A stretch of 64,000 bases of DNA from Alphaproteobacteria bacterium (GTDB lineage: Bacteria > Pseudomonadota > Alphaproteobacteria > CALKHQ01). The notes under the pieces were generated by a model. That model searched no databases. It saw only the letters and a list, made by a program, of their open reading frames with translations, and was not told the DNA's origin. The translations under genes were made by a program, and so were the position numbers. The stretch lies in NCBI GenBank assembly GCA_965227515.1, contig CBDDFZ010000001.1, positions 1,600,001-1,664,000 on the forward strand. The letters run 5' to 3'. Below, in pieces: positions 9,719-18,006 of this stretch; positions within the stretch are counted from its first letter, which is position 1, and each line of letters opens with the position of its first letter.

Positions 9719-10287
9719 CCGCGCCCCGTAACGAGGGCGGGGTAGCCCAACACCCGGTCGTCATGCCCGCACTTGTTGCGGGCATCCACGTCTTGGCAAC
9801 GGTCGATGAAAGTCGTGGATGGTCGGGACAAGCCCGACCATGACGTGTTTGGGGGTGTGGCCGTCCCTACGTCTTCCGCTCGGTGTAAGACCCCTGCTTA
9901 TGAAAGAATCGTAGCCCGGGTGGAACGAAGTGGAACCCGGGGACATCGAACTGCCGGCGGCCGAACCCGGGTTTCGCTACGCTCCACCCGGGCTACGCAT
10001 TGCGCTGGGCCCCGCGCCCGGTAACGAGGGCGGGGTAGTCGAACACACGGTCGTCATGCCCGCACTTGTTGCGCGCATCCACGTCTTGGCAACGGTCGAT
10101 GAAAGTCGTGGATGGTCGGGACAAGCCCGACCATGACGTGTTTGGGGGTGTGGCCGTCCCTACGTCTTCCGCTCGGTGTAAGACCCCTGCTTATGAAAGA
10201 ATCGTAGCCCGGGTGGAACGAAGTGGAACCCGGGGACATCGAACTGCGGGCGGCCGAACCCGGGTTTCGCTACGCTCCACCCAGGCT
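9719..10287. repeat. 293-bp tandem duplication made of gene-tail copies, a CGTC hairpin and a GTAG REP doublet
   Basis: Near-identical units offset by 293 bp: hairpins 9759-9845 and 10052-10138; REP doublets 9911-9996 and 10204-10287. Confidence 0.92.
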
Positions 10288-10560
10288 TCTGTAACGGGCC
10301 ATTGTTGGTCAATCCCTTTTTCGTCGTCCCGGCGCCTGGGTCATGCTTCTGTACGGGGTCGGCGCACGGCCGCCACCAAGATGGATATGCGAGGATCGGT
10401 CGGTCCAATCTACGGAAGCGTGCTCTCGTGCGAGGCGACATCCTGGATGGCGGCCTGACCTGATCCATCGTCCCGGCGCGGGACGGCGCTTGACGGGCCG
10501 GTGTCTGCGCCCGCCGAAGCTCGTGTGCTGGTTCTCCCTATGCGGCGGTCGTCTTTGCCA
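10288..10560 (-). ncRNA. Putative bridge/seek RNA region of IS110 copy 1
   Basis: Contains segments matching the circle junction (10346-10353, 10378-10384) and the REP target (10410-10415, 10440-10450); exact transcript ends unknown. Confidence 0.65.
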
Positions 10561-11598
10561 TTAGGCCGCTGCCATCGCCGGGCGCACCGGTCCGGCATGG
10601 TTGAACGCGGTGCCGTCAACCCACATCCGGTGCATGATCACGGCCAGCCGGCGCGCCAGCGCGACCTTCGCCTTCCTCATGCCGGCTCGCCTGGCCAGCT
10701 TCATCGCCCAGCTCTTCAACCACCCGCCCTTGATCGGCCGGGTCAGGATTACGTGCGCCGCCTCGTAAAGCGCTGCACGCACGTCCGCATCGCCCACCTT
10801 CGAGATCCGCCCCGTCATCTCGCTCTCGCCCGACTGGCGCTTGGTCGGCGTCAGGCCGAAGTGCGCCCCCACCAGGCGCGACGAGGCAAACCGCCCGGGG
10901 TCGTCCACTCCCGACAAGTAGGTCAGTCCGACAATGCTCCCCACGCCCGGCACCGTCATCAGCAGGCGAGCGCGATCGTCCGCCTGCGATGCCGCTCGGA
11001 CCTGCCGGTCCAGCGCCGTGAACGATAGCAACAGGCCATCGCGTGCCGACAGCAGCGCCCCCGCCTCCAGTACCGGATGCCCCGCCACAAGCTCCGAAAT
11101 ACGTGTCGAAAAGCTGCGCCTGGTGGTGTGCCCTACCTTCAGCCCGAAGTTCCGCAGCTGACCACGAAGGTGCATCTCAAGATCGTGCAGCTTCGCGCGG
11201 AGCTGGTCGCGACCCTTCAAAAGGGCCCGCATCTCCTGGGCCGCCAAAGACTTGCAGTGAACCGGACGAAACCAGCCCACACGCATCAGCTGAGCAATCC
11301 CGCGTGCGTCCGAGCGGTCCGACTTCACCGGCATCGTCGAAAGGGCCCGCGCAACATGACGCGTCTCCAGCAACTCAACCGAAAGACCGCCCTCGCTACA
11401 TCCCCGCACAAGCCATTGCGACAACGGCCCCGCCTCAAGACCAATCCGCTCAACCGAAATCCCCAAAGACCCAAACCACAACAACAAACCCGCCGGCGTG
11501 CTCGCAATACGAGCCTCGCAGACAATCCCGCCCGCGCCGTCAACAACGCACACCGATGACCATTCCAAAGAAACGTCAATCCCGGCATAGTAGTTCAT
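10561..11598 (-). CDS. IS110-family DEDD recombinase/transposase
   Basis: AGIDVS, IGLEAG, KSDRSDA (DEDD), PGVG, RQSGE serine motif, VALARRLAVI; 2-aa deletion relative to copy 2. Confidence 0.96.
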   Translation of the reverse strand: MNYYAGIDVSLEWSSVCVVDGAGGIVCEARIASTPAGLLLWFGSLGISVERIGLEAGPLSQWLVRGCSEGGLSVELLETRHVARALSTMPVKSDRSDARGIAQLMRVGWFRPVHCKSLAAQEMRALLKGRDQLRAKLHDLEMHLRGQLRNFGLKVGHTTRRSFSTRISELVAGHPVLEAGALLSARDGLLLSFTALDRQVRAASQADDRARLLMTVPGVGSIVGLTYLSGVDDPGRFASSRLVGAHFGLTPTKRQSGESEMTGRISKVGDADVRAALYEAAHVILTRPIKGGWLKSWAMKLARRAGMRKAKVALARRLAVIMHRMWVDGTAFNHAGPVRPAMAAA

Positions 11599-11768
11599 GG
11601 TCGTCTCTCCTCGATGTCTTGGAGCGGCAAACCCGACTCCGTGTATGACACCGACATCTTGAGGGACGACCACTCATGCACGCCACCAAACAAGGGCCGT
11701 TAGCCCATCTACGCATCGCGCTGGATCGCCGCGCCCGGTGACGAGGGCGGGGTAGCCAAACACCCGGT

Positions 11769-11891
11769 CGTCATTGCGAGGAGCGCGGCACGCGCGACGC
11801 GGCAATCCAGAGGGACATTAGGCACGTGCACCGCAATCGCCTGGATCGCCCATCGGTTTTTGGGGCCGCCATTTGGCGGCTCGCGATGACG
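11769..11891. repeat. CGTC-tagged palindromic repeat, family C
   Basis: CGTCATTGCGAG...GCAATCCAG / CTGGATCGCC...CTCGCGATGACG; related copy at 17053-17165. Confidence 0.8.
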
Positions 11892-11899
11892 GCAAGAGT

Positions 11900-12685
11900 C
11901 TACGTCTTCCGCTCGGTGTACGACCCCTGCAGGTTCTGGAACATCTCCACCAGCGCGTCGACGGCGGCGTCGATCATGACCTTGCCGGACTCCGCGGTCG
12001 CGTGCTTCGGCGCACCGAAGATCGACGCATGGTTGGTGGTCGGGTTGGGCCGGCGCTGATAGGTGCGCACCGGCTCCACCGGTGCCACCAGGTCCCAGCC
12101 GACCAGCGGCGCGTGCACGCCCTCCAGCCGGTCCATGTGCACCAGCTCCGGCCGCGTCGCGAGCTGGAACGAGGTCTCGAACTCGCCGCCATGGCCCATG
12201 CCGCCGACCTCCGACTTGCGTGCGGCATGGATGGCAGCGGCCCCCGGCTCCCAGTAGCTGACGGCGGAGACCTTGAACTCGTAACGCTCGTCCAGATCGT
12301 CGACCAGCCGGCGCGCCACCGCATCGTTCGAGGTGCCGTTGGGCCGGTTGCCGTTGAGGATGATCAGGTGCTTGAAGCCCTGCTTGATCAGCGCGCTGCC
12401 AACCTCGTAGACCAGTTCCTGGTAGGTCGGGATCGACAGCGAGATGGTGCCCATGAAGTGCTCGAAGGTCTTTGAGATGCCATAGGCAATGGGCGGCGCC
12501 ACCACCGCGCCGATCCGCTCCGCCACCCGCAGCGCCATGTATTCGGCCTGGTGGGTGTCGGTGTCGACCGGCATGTGCGGGCCGTGCGCCTCGGTCGCGC
12601 CGGTGGGCAGGATGACGGCCCGCCCCTCGGCGACGACCTCCGCCACTTCGTCATAGGTCATGGTCGAAAGGGCAACGTTCATCAT
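11900..12685 (-). CDS. Creatininase/amidohydrolase family protein
   Basis: LPTGATEAHGPHMPVDTD, GHGGEFETS motifs. Confidence 0.9.
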   Translation of the reverse strand: MMNVALSTMTYDEVAEVVAEGRAVILPTGATEAHGPHMPVDTDTHQAEYMALRVAERIGAVVAPPIAYGISKTFEHFMGTISLSIPTYQELVYEVGSALIKQGFKHLIILNGNRPNGTSNDAVARRLVDDLDERYEFKVSAVSYWEPGAAAIHAARKSEVGGMGHGGEFETSFQLATRPELVHMDRLEGVHAPLVGWDLVAPVEPVRTYQRRPNPTTNHASIFGAPKHATAESGKVMIDAAVDALVEMFQNLQGSYTERKT

Positions 12686-12802
12686 TGTCTCCCGCGCGCA
12701 CATCGGCTTGTGTTGTCCGTCTGCCGGATATTATGCTCGGATAGCGGACATCGACAACTGTCCGCATATCCACCCGTCACCACCCGCCGAGAGTGCCGCC
12801 CA

Positions 12803-13447
12803 TTGCCCCACGTCAGCCAAGCCTTCACGGTCGACCAGCCGATTGCCGCGGTGTGGGACTATTTTCAGGACGTGCCGGCCGTGGTGACCTGCATGCCGGG
12901 GCTGGAGCTGACCGGCCAGACCGGCGAGGACAGCTACACCGGGCGGGTGAAGATCAAGCTGGGGCCGATCACCGCCGCATTCGACGGCGAGGCGACGTTC
13001 ACCGACCGCAATCCCGATACGCGCACGTGCGCGCTGACCGCCAAGGGCATCGACAAGAAGGGCGGCAACCGGGCCCAGGCCAAGGTTGAGTACGCGATGA
13101 GCGAGCCGGCGCCAGGCCGGACCGAAGTGTCGCTGGAGGGCGACATCACGCTGACCGGCGCGCTGGCGCAGATGGGGCGCGGCGGCATCATCAACGACGT
13201 GGCGGCGCAGCTGACCGAGCAGTTCGCGACCGCGCTCAGGGCCAAGCTCGCGAGCGCGGCGCCGGCATCTCAGGCGGCACCTCAGGCGGCACCTCAGGCG
13301 GCACCCGCGCCTGCTTCGTCGGCACAGGCTGCATCGCCACAACCCTCGCCCTCGCCGTCGCCTGAGGCAGCAGGCGAGATCCGCGCCGGCAGTTTGATCT
13401 GGAAGGTGATCTGGCACCGGCTGACCGGTTGGTTGCGCCGGTCCTGA
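12803..13447 (+). CDS. CoxG/SRPBCC family protein
   Basis: VVTCMPGLEL, VKIKLGPI, GALAQMGRG, Ala/Pro linker and hydrophobic C-terminal tail; TTG start inferred. Confidence 0.85.
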   Translation: MPHVSQAFTVDQPIAAVWDYFQDVPAVVTCMPGLELTGQTGEDSYTGRVKIKLGPITAAFDGEATFTDRNPDTRTCALTAKGIDKKGGNRAQAKVEYAMSEPAPGRTEVSLEGDITLTGALAQMGRGGIINDVAAQLTEQFATALRAKLASAAPASQAAPQAAPQAAPAPASSAQAASPQPSPSPSPEAAGEIRAGSLIWKVIWHRLTGWLRRS

Positions 13448-13575
13448 GTAATTGCGGGTAGCGGCGGACGCCTGCTCACAACCAGCCCGATTAATTTGCA
13501 GGCACTGCCTGCCAATTGGGCGGTGCGTTCGAACGGACTACGGAATCGCACGGCCTCCGCCATCGCTGCAATGCG

Positions 13576-13591
13576 TGGCATGCCAATTGCT
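13576..13591 (+). promoter_or_regulatory. Putative sigma54 promoter of the PotABCD-type operon
   Basis: TGGCAT-GCCAA-TTGCT about 40 bp upstream of the start. Confidence 0.7.
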
Positions 13592-13629
13592 GAAATGCCC
13601 CCGATGGATGGTCCATCGGGGGAGTGCGC

Positions 13630-14631
13630 ATGGCTGCCGTTGAGCTGATTGCAGTCACCAAGGCCTATGGTACCGCGGTCGCGGTCGACAACATCGACCT
13701 GAAGATCGAGGACGGGTCCTATTGCTGTCTGCTGGGCCCCAGCGGCTGCGGCAAGACCTCGACCCTGCGGATGATCGCGGGCCACGAGACCATCACCAGC
13801 GGCGACATCCTGATCGGCGACACCCAGGTCAACGGCCTGCCGCCGGCCAAGCGCCCGGCGTCGATGATGTTCCAGAACTACGCGCTGTTCCCGCACCTGA
13901 GCTCGGTCGACAATGTCGCGTTCAGCCTGCGCATGTCCGGCGTCGACAAGGCGGAACGGCGCACCAAGGCGGCCGAGATGCTGGAGCGGCTGCATATGTC
14001 GGCCTATGCCGATCGCAAGCCGGGCCAGCTTTCCGGCGGCCAGCAACAGCGCGTGGCGCTGGCCCGCGCCCTGATCACCAACCCGCAGGTGCTGCTGCTC
14101 GACGAGCCGCTGTCGGCGCTGGACCCGTTCCTGCGCATCGCCATGCGCGCCGAATTGAAGCGCCTGCAGCTCGACCTCGGCCTCACGTTCATCCACGTCA
14201 CCCACAGCCAGGACGAGGCGATGGCGCTGGCCGACCAGATGGTGGTGATGAACGACGCCAAGATCGTGCAGGAAGGCCCGCCGATCGCCGTCTTCAACCA
14301 GCCGAAGTCACGCTTCATCGCGCAGTTCATGGGCGGCCACAACGTGCTGCCGGGCGACCTGCTGGGCGTCGACACCCCGCTGGGCGCGCTGCGCAGCGAC
14401 CGCATCGTCATCGACGGCAACGGGTCGGCGACAGGGGGAAGCGGCGTGCCGGCGACCGTACGGCTGATCGAGTATCTCGGCGCCCAGGTGCAGGTGCACC
14501 TGGTCGGCCCTTCTGACTCCGAAATCGACGTCCATCTGAGCGATGTCGCGTTCGCCGAGCGCGACCTGGCGCCCGGCAGCGCGGTGACCCTGTCGTGGCA
14601 GCCGGCCGACGTCCACCCGCTGCCGAACTGA
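13630..14631 (+). CDS. ABC ATP-binding protein, PotA-like
   Basis: GPSGCGKTS, FQNYALFPH, LSGGQQQRVALARA, TOBE tail. Confidence 0.93.
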   Translation: MAAVELIAVTKAYGTAVAVDNIDLKIEDGSYCCLLGPSGCGKTSTLRMIAGHETITSGDILIGDTQVNGLPPAKRPASMMFQNYALFPHLSSVDNVAFSLRMSGVDKAERRTKAAEMLERLHMSAYADRKPGQLSGGQQQRVALARALITNPQVLLLDEPLSALDPFLRIAMRAELKRLQLDLGLTFIHVTHSQDEAMALADQMVVMNDAKIVQEGPPIAVFNQPKSRFIAQFMGGHNVLPGDLLGVDTPLGALRSDRIVIDGNGSATGGSGVPATVRLIEYLGAQVQVHLVGPSDSEIDVHLSDVAFAERDLAPGSAVTLSWQPADVHPLPN

Positions 14632-14686
14632 CCAAACTCACACAACGACCCCAACAACAACGGCCCCAACAACAACGGAGAGGGAC

Positions 14687-16009
14687 ATGACCGACAAGAC
14701 GAAGCTCAACGCCAAGACCACGAAGCCGCGCAAGAAGAGCGCGAAAGCGGGCATCACCCGGCGCCAGGCGCTGAGCGGGGTTGCCGCCGCGGGTGCGGCG
14801 GCTGCCGCCAGCACGGTGAAGGCGCCCTACGTGCACGCGCAGGAGCCCATCGTCATCCGCTACGCCGGCACCGGCGTGAACGCCTTCCGCGAGATTTCCG
14901 AGAAGGTGATGGAGGATCTGGGCATCGAGCTTCAGTACACCACGCTGACGTCCGACGACGTGGTGACCCGCGCGGTGACCCAGCCGACGTCGTTCGACCT
15001 GCTCGACAGCGAATACTGGATGCTGAAGAAGATCGTGCCGTCGGGGAATTTGCGCGGCATGGACGTGACCCGGGTCGACCAGTACGAGAACATCGTGCCG
15101 ATCTTCACCAAGGGCGAGCTGCCCGACGGCACGGTGACCGCGCGCCAGGGCACGGCGCCGATCGAGGTCAGCTACCTGACCGGCGGCGAGAGCACCGAGT
15201 TCTCCGAATCGCCGACCGATTTCATGACCCTGATCCCGACGGTCTACAACGCCGACACCCTGGGCATCCGCCCCGACCTGATCGACCGCCCGATCACCAG
15301 TTGGGCCGACCTGATGGACCCGGCCTTCGCCGGCAAGGCGTCGATCCTGAACATCCCCTCCATCGGCATCATGGACGCCGCCATGGTCTGCGAGGCGATG
15401 GGCGAGGTGGAGTACGAAGACAAGGGCAACATGACCCAGGAGCAGATCGACGCCACCATCGCGGTGATGATCGAGGCCAAGAACGCCGGCCAGTTCCGCG
15501 CCCTGTGGAAGGAGTTCAACGAGTCCGTCAACCTGATGGCTTCGGGCGAGGTGGTGATCCAGTCGATGTGGTCGCCGGCCGTCACCAAGGTGCGGCAGAT
15601 GGGCATTCCGTGCGTCTACCAGCCGCTGCAGGAAGGGTATCGCGCCTGGGCGGCAGGGCTCGGCATTCCGACCCATGTCGAGGGCCGGCTGCTGGATGCC
15701 TGCTACGAGTTCATCAACTGGTACCTCTCCGGCTGGGCCGGCGCGTTCCTCAACCGCCAGGGCTACTACACCGCCGTGCTGGGCACCGCCCAGGCACAGA
15801 TGGAAGGTTGGGAGTGGGACTACTGGATGGAAGGCGCCCCGGCGGCCGAGGCCGTGGTCAGCCCGACCGGCGACCAGATCGCGGAGGCCGGCGAGGTCCG
15901 CGACGGCGGCTCGTTCTGGGACCGCATGGGCGCGGTCTCGGTGTGGAACACCGTGATGGACGAGGACCGCTACATGGTTCGCAAGTGGAACGAGTTCGTC
16001 GCCGCTTAG
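14687..16009 (+). CDS. Tat-exported ABC substrate-binding protein, PotD/PotF-like
   Basis: ITRRQAL twin-arginine signal; YNADTLGIRPD, QSMWSPAV. Confidence 0.88.
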   Translation: MTDKTKLNAKTTKPRKKSAKAGITRRQALSGVAAAGAAAAASTVKAPYVHAQEPIVIRYAGTGVNAFREISEKVMEDLGIELQYTTLTSDDVVTRAVTQPTSFDLLDSEYWMLKKIVPSGNLRGMDVTRVDQYENIVPIFTKGELPDGTVTARQGTAPIEVSYLTGGESTEFSESPTDFMTLIPTVYNADTLGIRPDLIDRPITSWADLMDPAFAGKASILNIPSIGIMDAAMVCEAMGEVEYEDKGNMTQEQIDATIAVMIEAKNAGQFRALWKEFNESVNLMASGEVVIQSMWSPAVTKVRQMGIPCVYQPLQEGYRAWAAGLGIPTHVEGRLLDACYEFINWYLSGWAGAFLNRQGYYTAVLGTAQAQMEGWEWDYWMEGAPAAEAVVSPTGDQIAEAGEVRDGGSFWDRMGAVSVWNTVMDEDRYMVRKWNEFVAA

Positions 16010-16018
16010 CACAGCGCC

Positions 16019-16074
16019 GTAGCCTGGGTGGAGCGGGGCGGAACCCGGGTTCCACTTCGTTTCACCCGGGCTAC
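16019..16074. repeat. GTAG REP doublet with overlapping arms
   Basis: GTAGCCTGGGTGG...AACCCGGGTT...CACCCGGGCTAC. Confidence 0.88.
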
Positions 16075-16100
16075 GGGACCACTGGATTTCTCTTGAACGC

Positions 16101-17024
16101 ATGACCGCCGCGAACGACATCGCCAACGCCACACCTGCCGCCGGAAGGCTCGTTGGCAGCCAGATGCGGCGTGGCTATGCGTGGCTGGTCGCCTACATCC
16201 AGGCGATGCCGCTGATCGCGGTGTTCCTGGTCTTCTTCTGCCTGCCGATGTTCGTGGTGCTGGTGGTCTCGTTCTTCGACTACCAGACCTACGACATCCT
16301 GATCCCCGACTTCGTGACCTTCAACTACACCGACGTGTTCAGCGCGTCGGTCACCTGGCAGACATATTGGATCACGCTCAAGTTCTGCCTCATCGCCTGG
16401 GTGCTGACCCTGCTGCTGGGCTTCACCATCGCCTATTACCTGGCGTTCTACGTCGGCAGCCTGAAGTGGCAGATCGTGCTGTTCCTGATCTGCACGATCC
16501 CGTTCTGGACCTCCAACGTCATCCGCTCGATCTCGTGGATCCCGCTGCTGGGCCGCAATGGGCTGGTGAACGACGTGCTGCTGGGCCTGGGCGTGGTGGA
16601 GGAGCGGCAGGAATGGCTGCTCTATTCCGAGTTCTCCGTCGTTCTCGGCTACATCCACCTCTACACGCTGTTCATGATCGTGCCGATCTTCAACTCGATG
16701 ATGCGCATCGACAAGTCGCTGATCGAGGCGGCGGCCGATGCCGGCGCCAGCGAGTGGAAGACGATCTGGCACGTGGTGATCCCGCTCTGCAAGCCGGGCA
16801 TCGCCATCGGCACCATCTTCGTGGTCGCCATCGTGATGGGCGACTTCGTGACCGTGAACGTGCTTGGCGGCGGCCAGGTCGCCTCGGTCGGCAAGACCAT
16901 CTTCGCCGAGCTCGGCTACTTGCAATACCCGCCCGCCGCCGCCAACGCGGTGGCGCTGATGGCGATCGTGATCCTGATGATCGTCGGCCTGCTGCGCGTG
17001 GTCGACATCCGCCGGGAGCTGTGA
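16101..17024 (+). CDS. ABC permease, PotB-like
   Basis: IPFWTSNVIR, SLIEAAADAGA EAA loop. Confidence 0.92.
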   Translation: MTAANDIANATPAAGRLVGSQMRRGYAWLVAYIQAMPLIAVFLVFFCLPMFVVLVVSFFDYQTYDILIPDFVTFNYTDVFSASVTWQTYWITLKFCLIAWVLTLLLGFTIAYYLAFYVGSLKWQIVLFLICTIPFWTSNVIRSISWIPLLGRNGLVNDVLLGLGVVEERQEWLLYSEFSVVLGYIHLYTLFMIVPIFNSMMRIDKSLIEAAADAGASEWKTIWHVVIPLCKPGIAIGTIFVVAIVMGDFVTVNVLGGGQVASVGKTIFAELGYLQYPPAAANAVALMAIVILMIVGLLRVVDIRREL

Positions 17025-17052
17025 CGGTGGCGGACAAAGGCAAGAAACACGC

Positions 17053-17165
17053 CGTCATCGCGAGCCCGCAACAGCGGGCGCGGCGATCCAGGCGAATACC
17101 GTGGCGGCGGAGGGTTTGCTCTGGATTGCCGCGTCGCGCCATAACAGGCGCTCCTCGCAATGACG
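17053..17165. repeat. CGTC-tagged palindromic repeat, family C
   Basis: CGTCATCGCGAG...CTCGCAATGACG. Confidence 0.8.
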
Positions 17166-17178
17166 AGGAGTGCTGACC

Positions 17179-18006
17179 ATGCTCCGCACTGTCCATCGCC
17201 GCACCTTCATTTGCCTCAGCGTCCTGTTCGGCGTGTTCGTGCTGTTCCTCTACGGGCCGACGCTGATCATCACGCTCTTGAGCTTCCAGGGGCCGGACGG
17301 CGGTCTCACCTTCCCGATGAACGGGTTTTCGACCCACTGGTTCGCCGAGTTGTTCCGCCCGCAATCCATCGGCGACATCGGCGGCAGCTTCCAGCGCTCG
17401 ATGTACCTGGGCCTGATCGTCATGGTGCTGACGGTGGTGATCTCGTTCCTGGCCGGGCTCGCCTTCCGGCGCCGGTTCAGGGGCTCCACGTTCGTGTTCT
17501 ATGTGGTGGTCGCCAGCCTGATCATGCCGTCCATCGTGGTCTCGCTCGGCATCGGCTCGCTGTTCGAGCTGTTCGGCATCGAGCGGTTCTGGTGGAACGC
17601 CGGCATCGGCGCGCACCTGACATGGACGCTGCCGTTCGGCCTGTTGATCATGTTCGCCGTGTTCAACCGCTTCAACCCGTCCTACGAGGAGGCGGCGCGC
17701 GACCTCGGCGCCACCGGCTGGCAGACCGTCCGCCACGTGGTGCTGCCGATCGTGGCGCCCAGCCTGATCGGCGTCGGCCTGTTCGGCTTCACCCTCAGCT
17801 ACGACGAACTGCCCCGCTCGTCCCAGGTGATGGGCGCGCTGAACACGCTGCCGAAGGAATTGCAGGCGATGCAGACCAACGCCACCACGCCGGTGATCTA
17901 CGCGCTGGGCACGGTGACCACGGCGGTCTCGTTCCTGGTCATCGGCACCGCGTTGACCACGCTCAGCATCATGCGCCGGCGCCAGGCCAAGCGGATCGGC
18001 AAGTGA
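17179..18006 (+). CDS. ABC permease, PotC-like
   Basis: YEEAARDLGA EAA loop, FTLSYDE. Confidence 0.92.
   Translation: MLRTVHRRTFICLSVLFGVFVLFLYGPTLIITLLSFQGPDGGLTFPMNGFSTHWFAELFRPQSIGDIGGSFQRSMYLGLIVMVLTVVISFLAGLAFRRRFRGSTFVFYVVVASLIMPSIVVSLGIGSLFELFGIERFWWNAGIGAHLTWTLPFGLLIMFAVFNRFNPSYEEAARDLGATGWQTVRHVVLPIVAPSLIGVGLFGFTLSYDELPRSSQVMGALNTLPKELQAMQTNATTPVIYALGTVTTAVSFLVIGTALTTLSIMRRRQAKRIGK

Larger units (their letters stand above)
10288..11710 (-). mobile_element. IS110-family (IS1111-type) insertion sequence, copy 1, inserted in a GTAG REP
   Basis: Ends shared with copy 2; flanks rejoin to CCCAGG-CT-ACG; CT core on both sides; imperfect subterminal inverted repeats starting TAACGG; long non-coding region downstream of the transposase. 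Confidence 0.95.

Noticed and set aside
9542-10290. CRISPR array
   Set aside because: The recurring 27-35 bp units are copies of gene ends, the intervening segments are long palindromic repeats rather than unique spacers, and no cas genes are present
9643-10619. Small ORFs within the repeat array and IS non-coding end
   Set aside because: They are translations of palindromic repeats and duplicated gene tails, with no RBS or coding signal
11599-11673. Longer transposase start (MVVPQDV...)
   Set aside because: A strong RBS (GAGGAGA) precedes ATG 11598 and family similarity starts at MNYYAGID
13260-13310. 12-bp tandem repeat in CoxG
   Set aside because: In-frame QAAP linker expansion, common in this family
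17160-18002. 524-aa fusion ORF ending in the racemase
   Set aside because: The upstream part is an alternative frame of the permease; the racemase starts at GTG 18003
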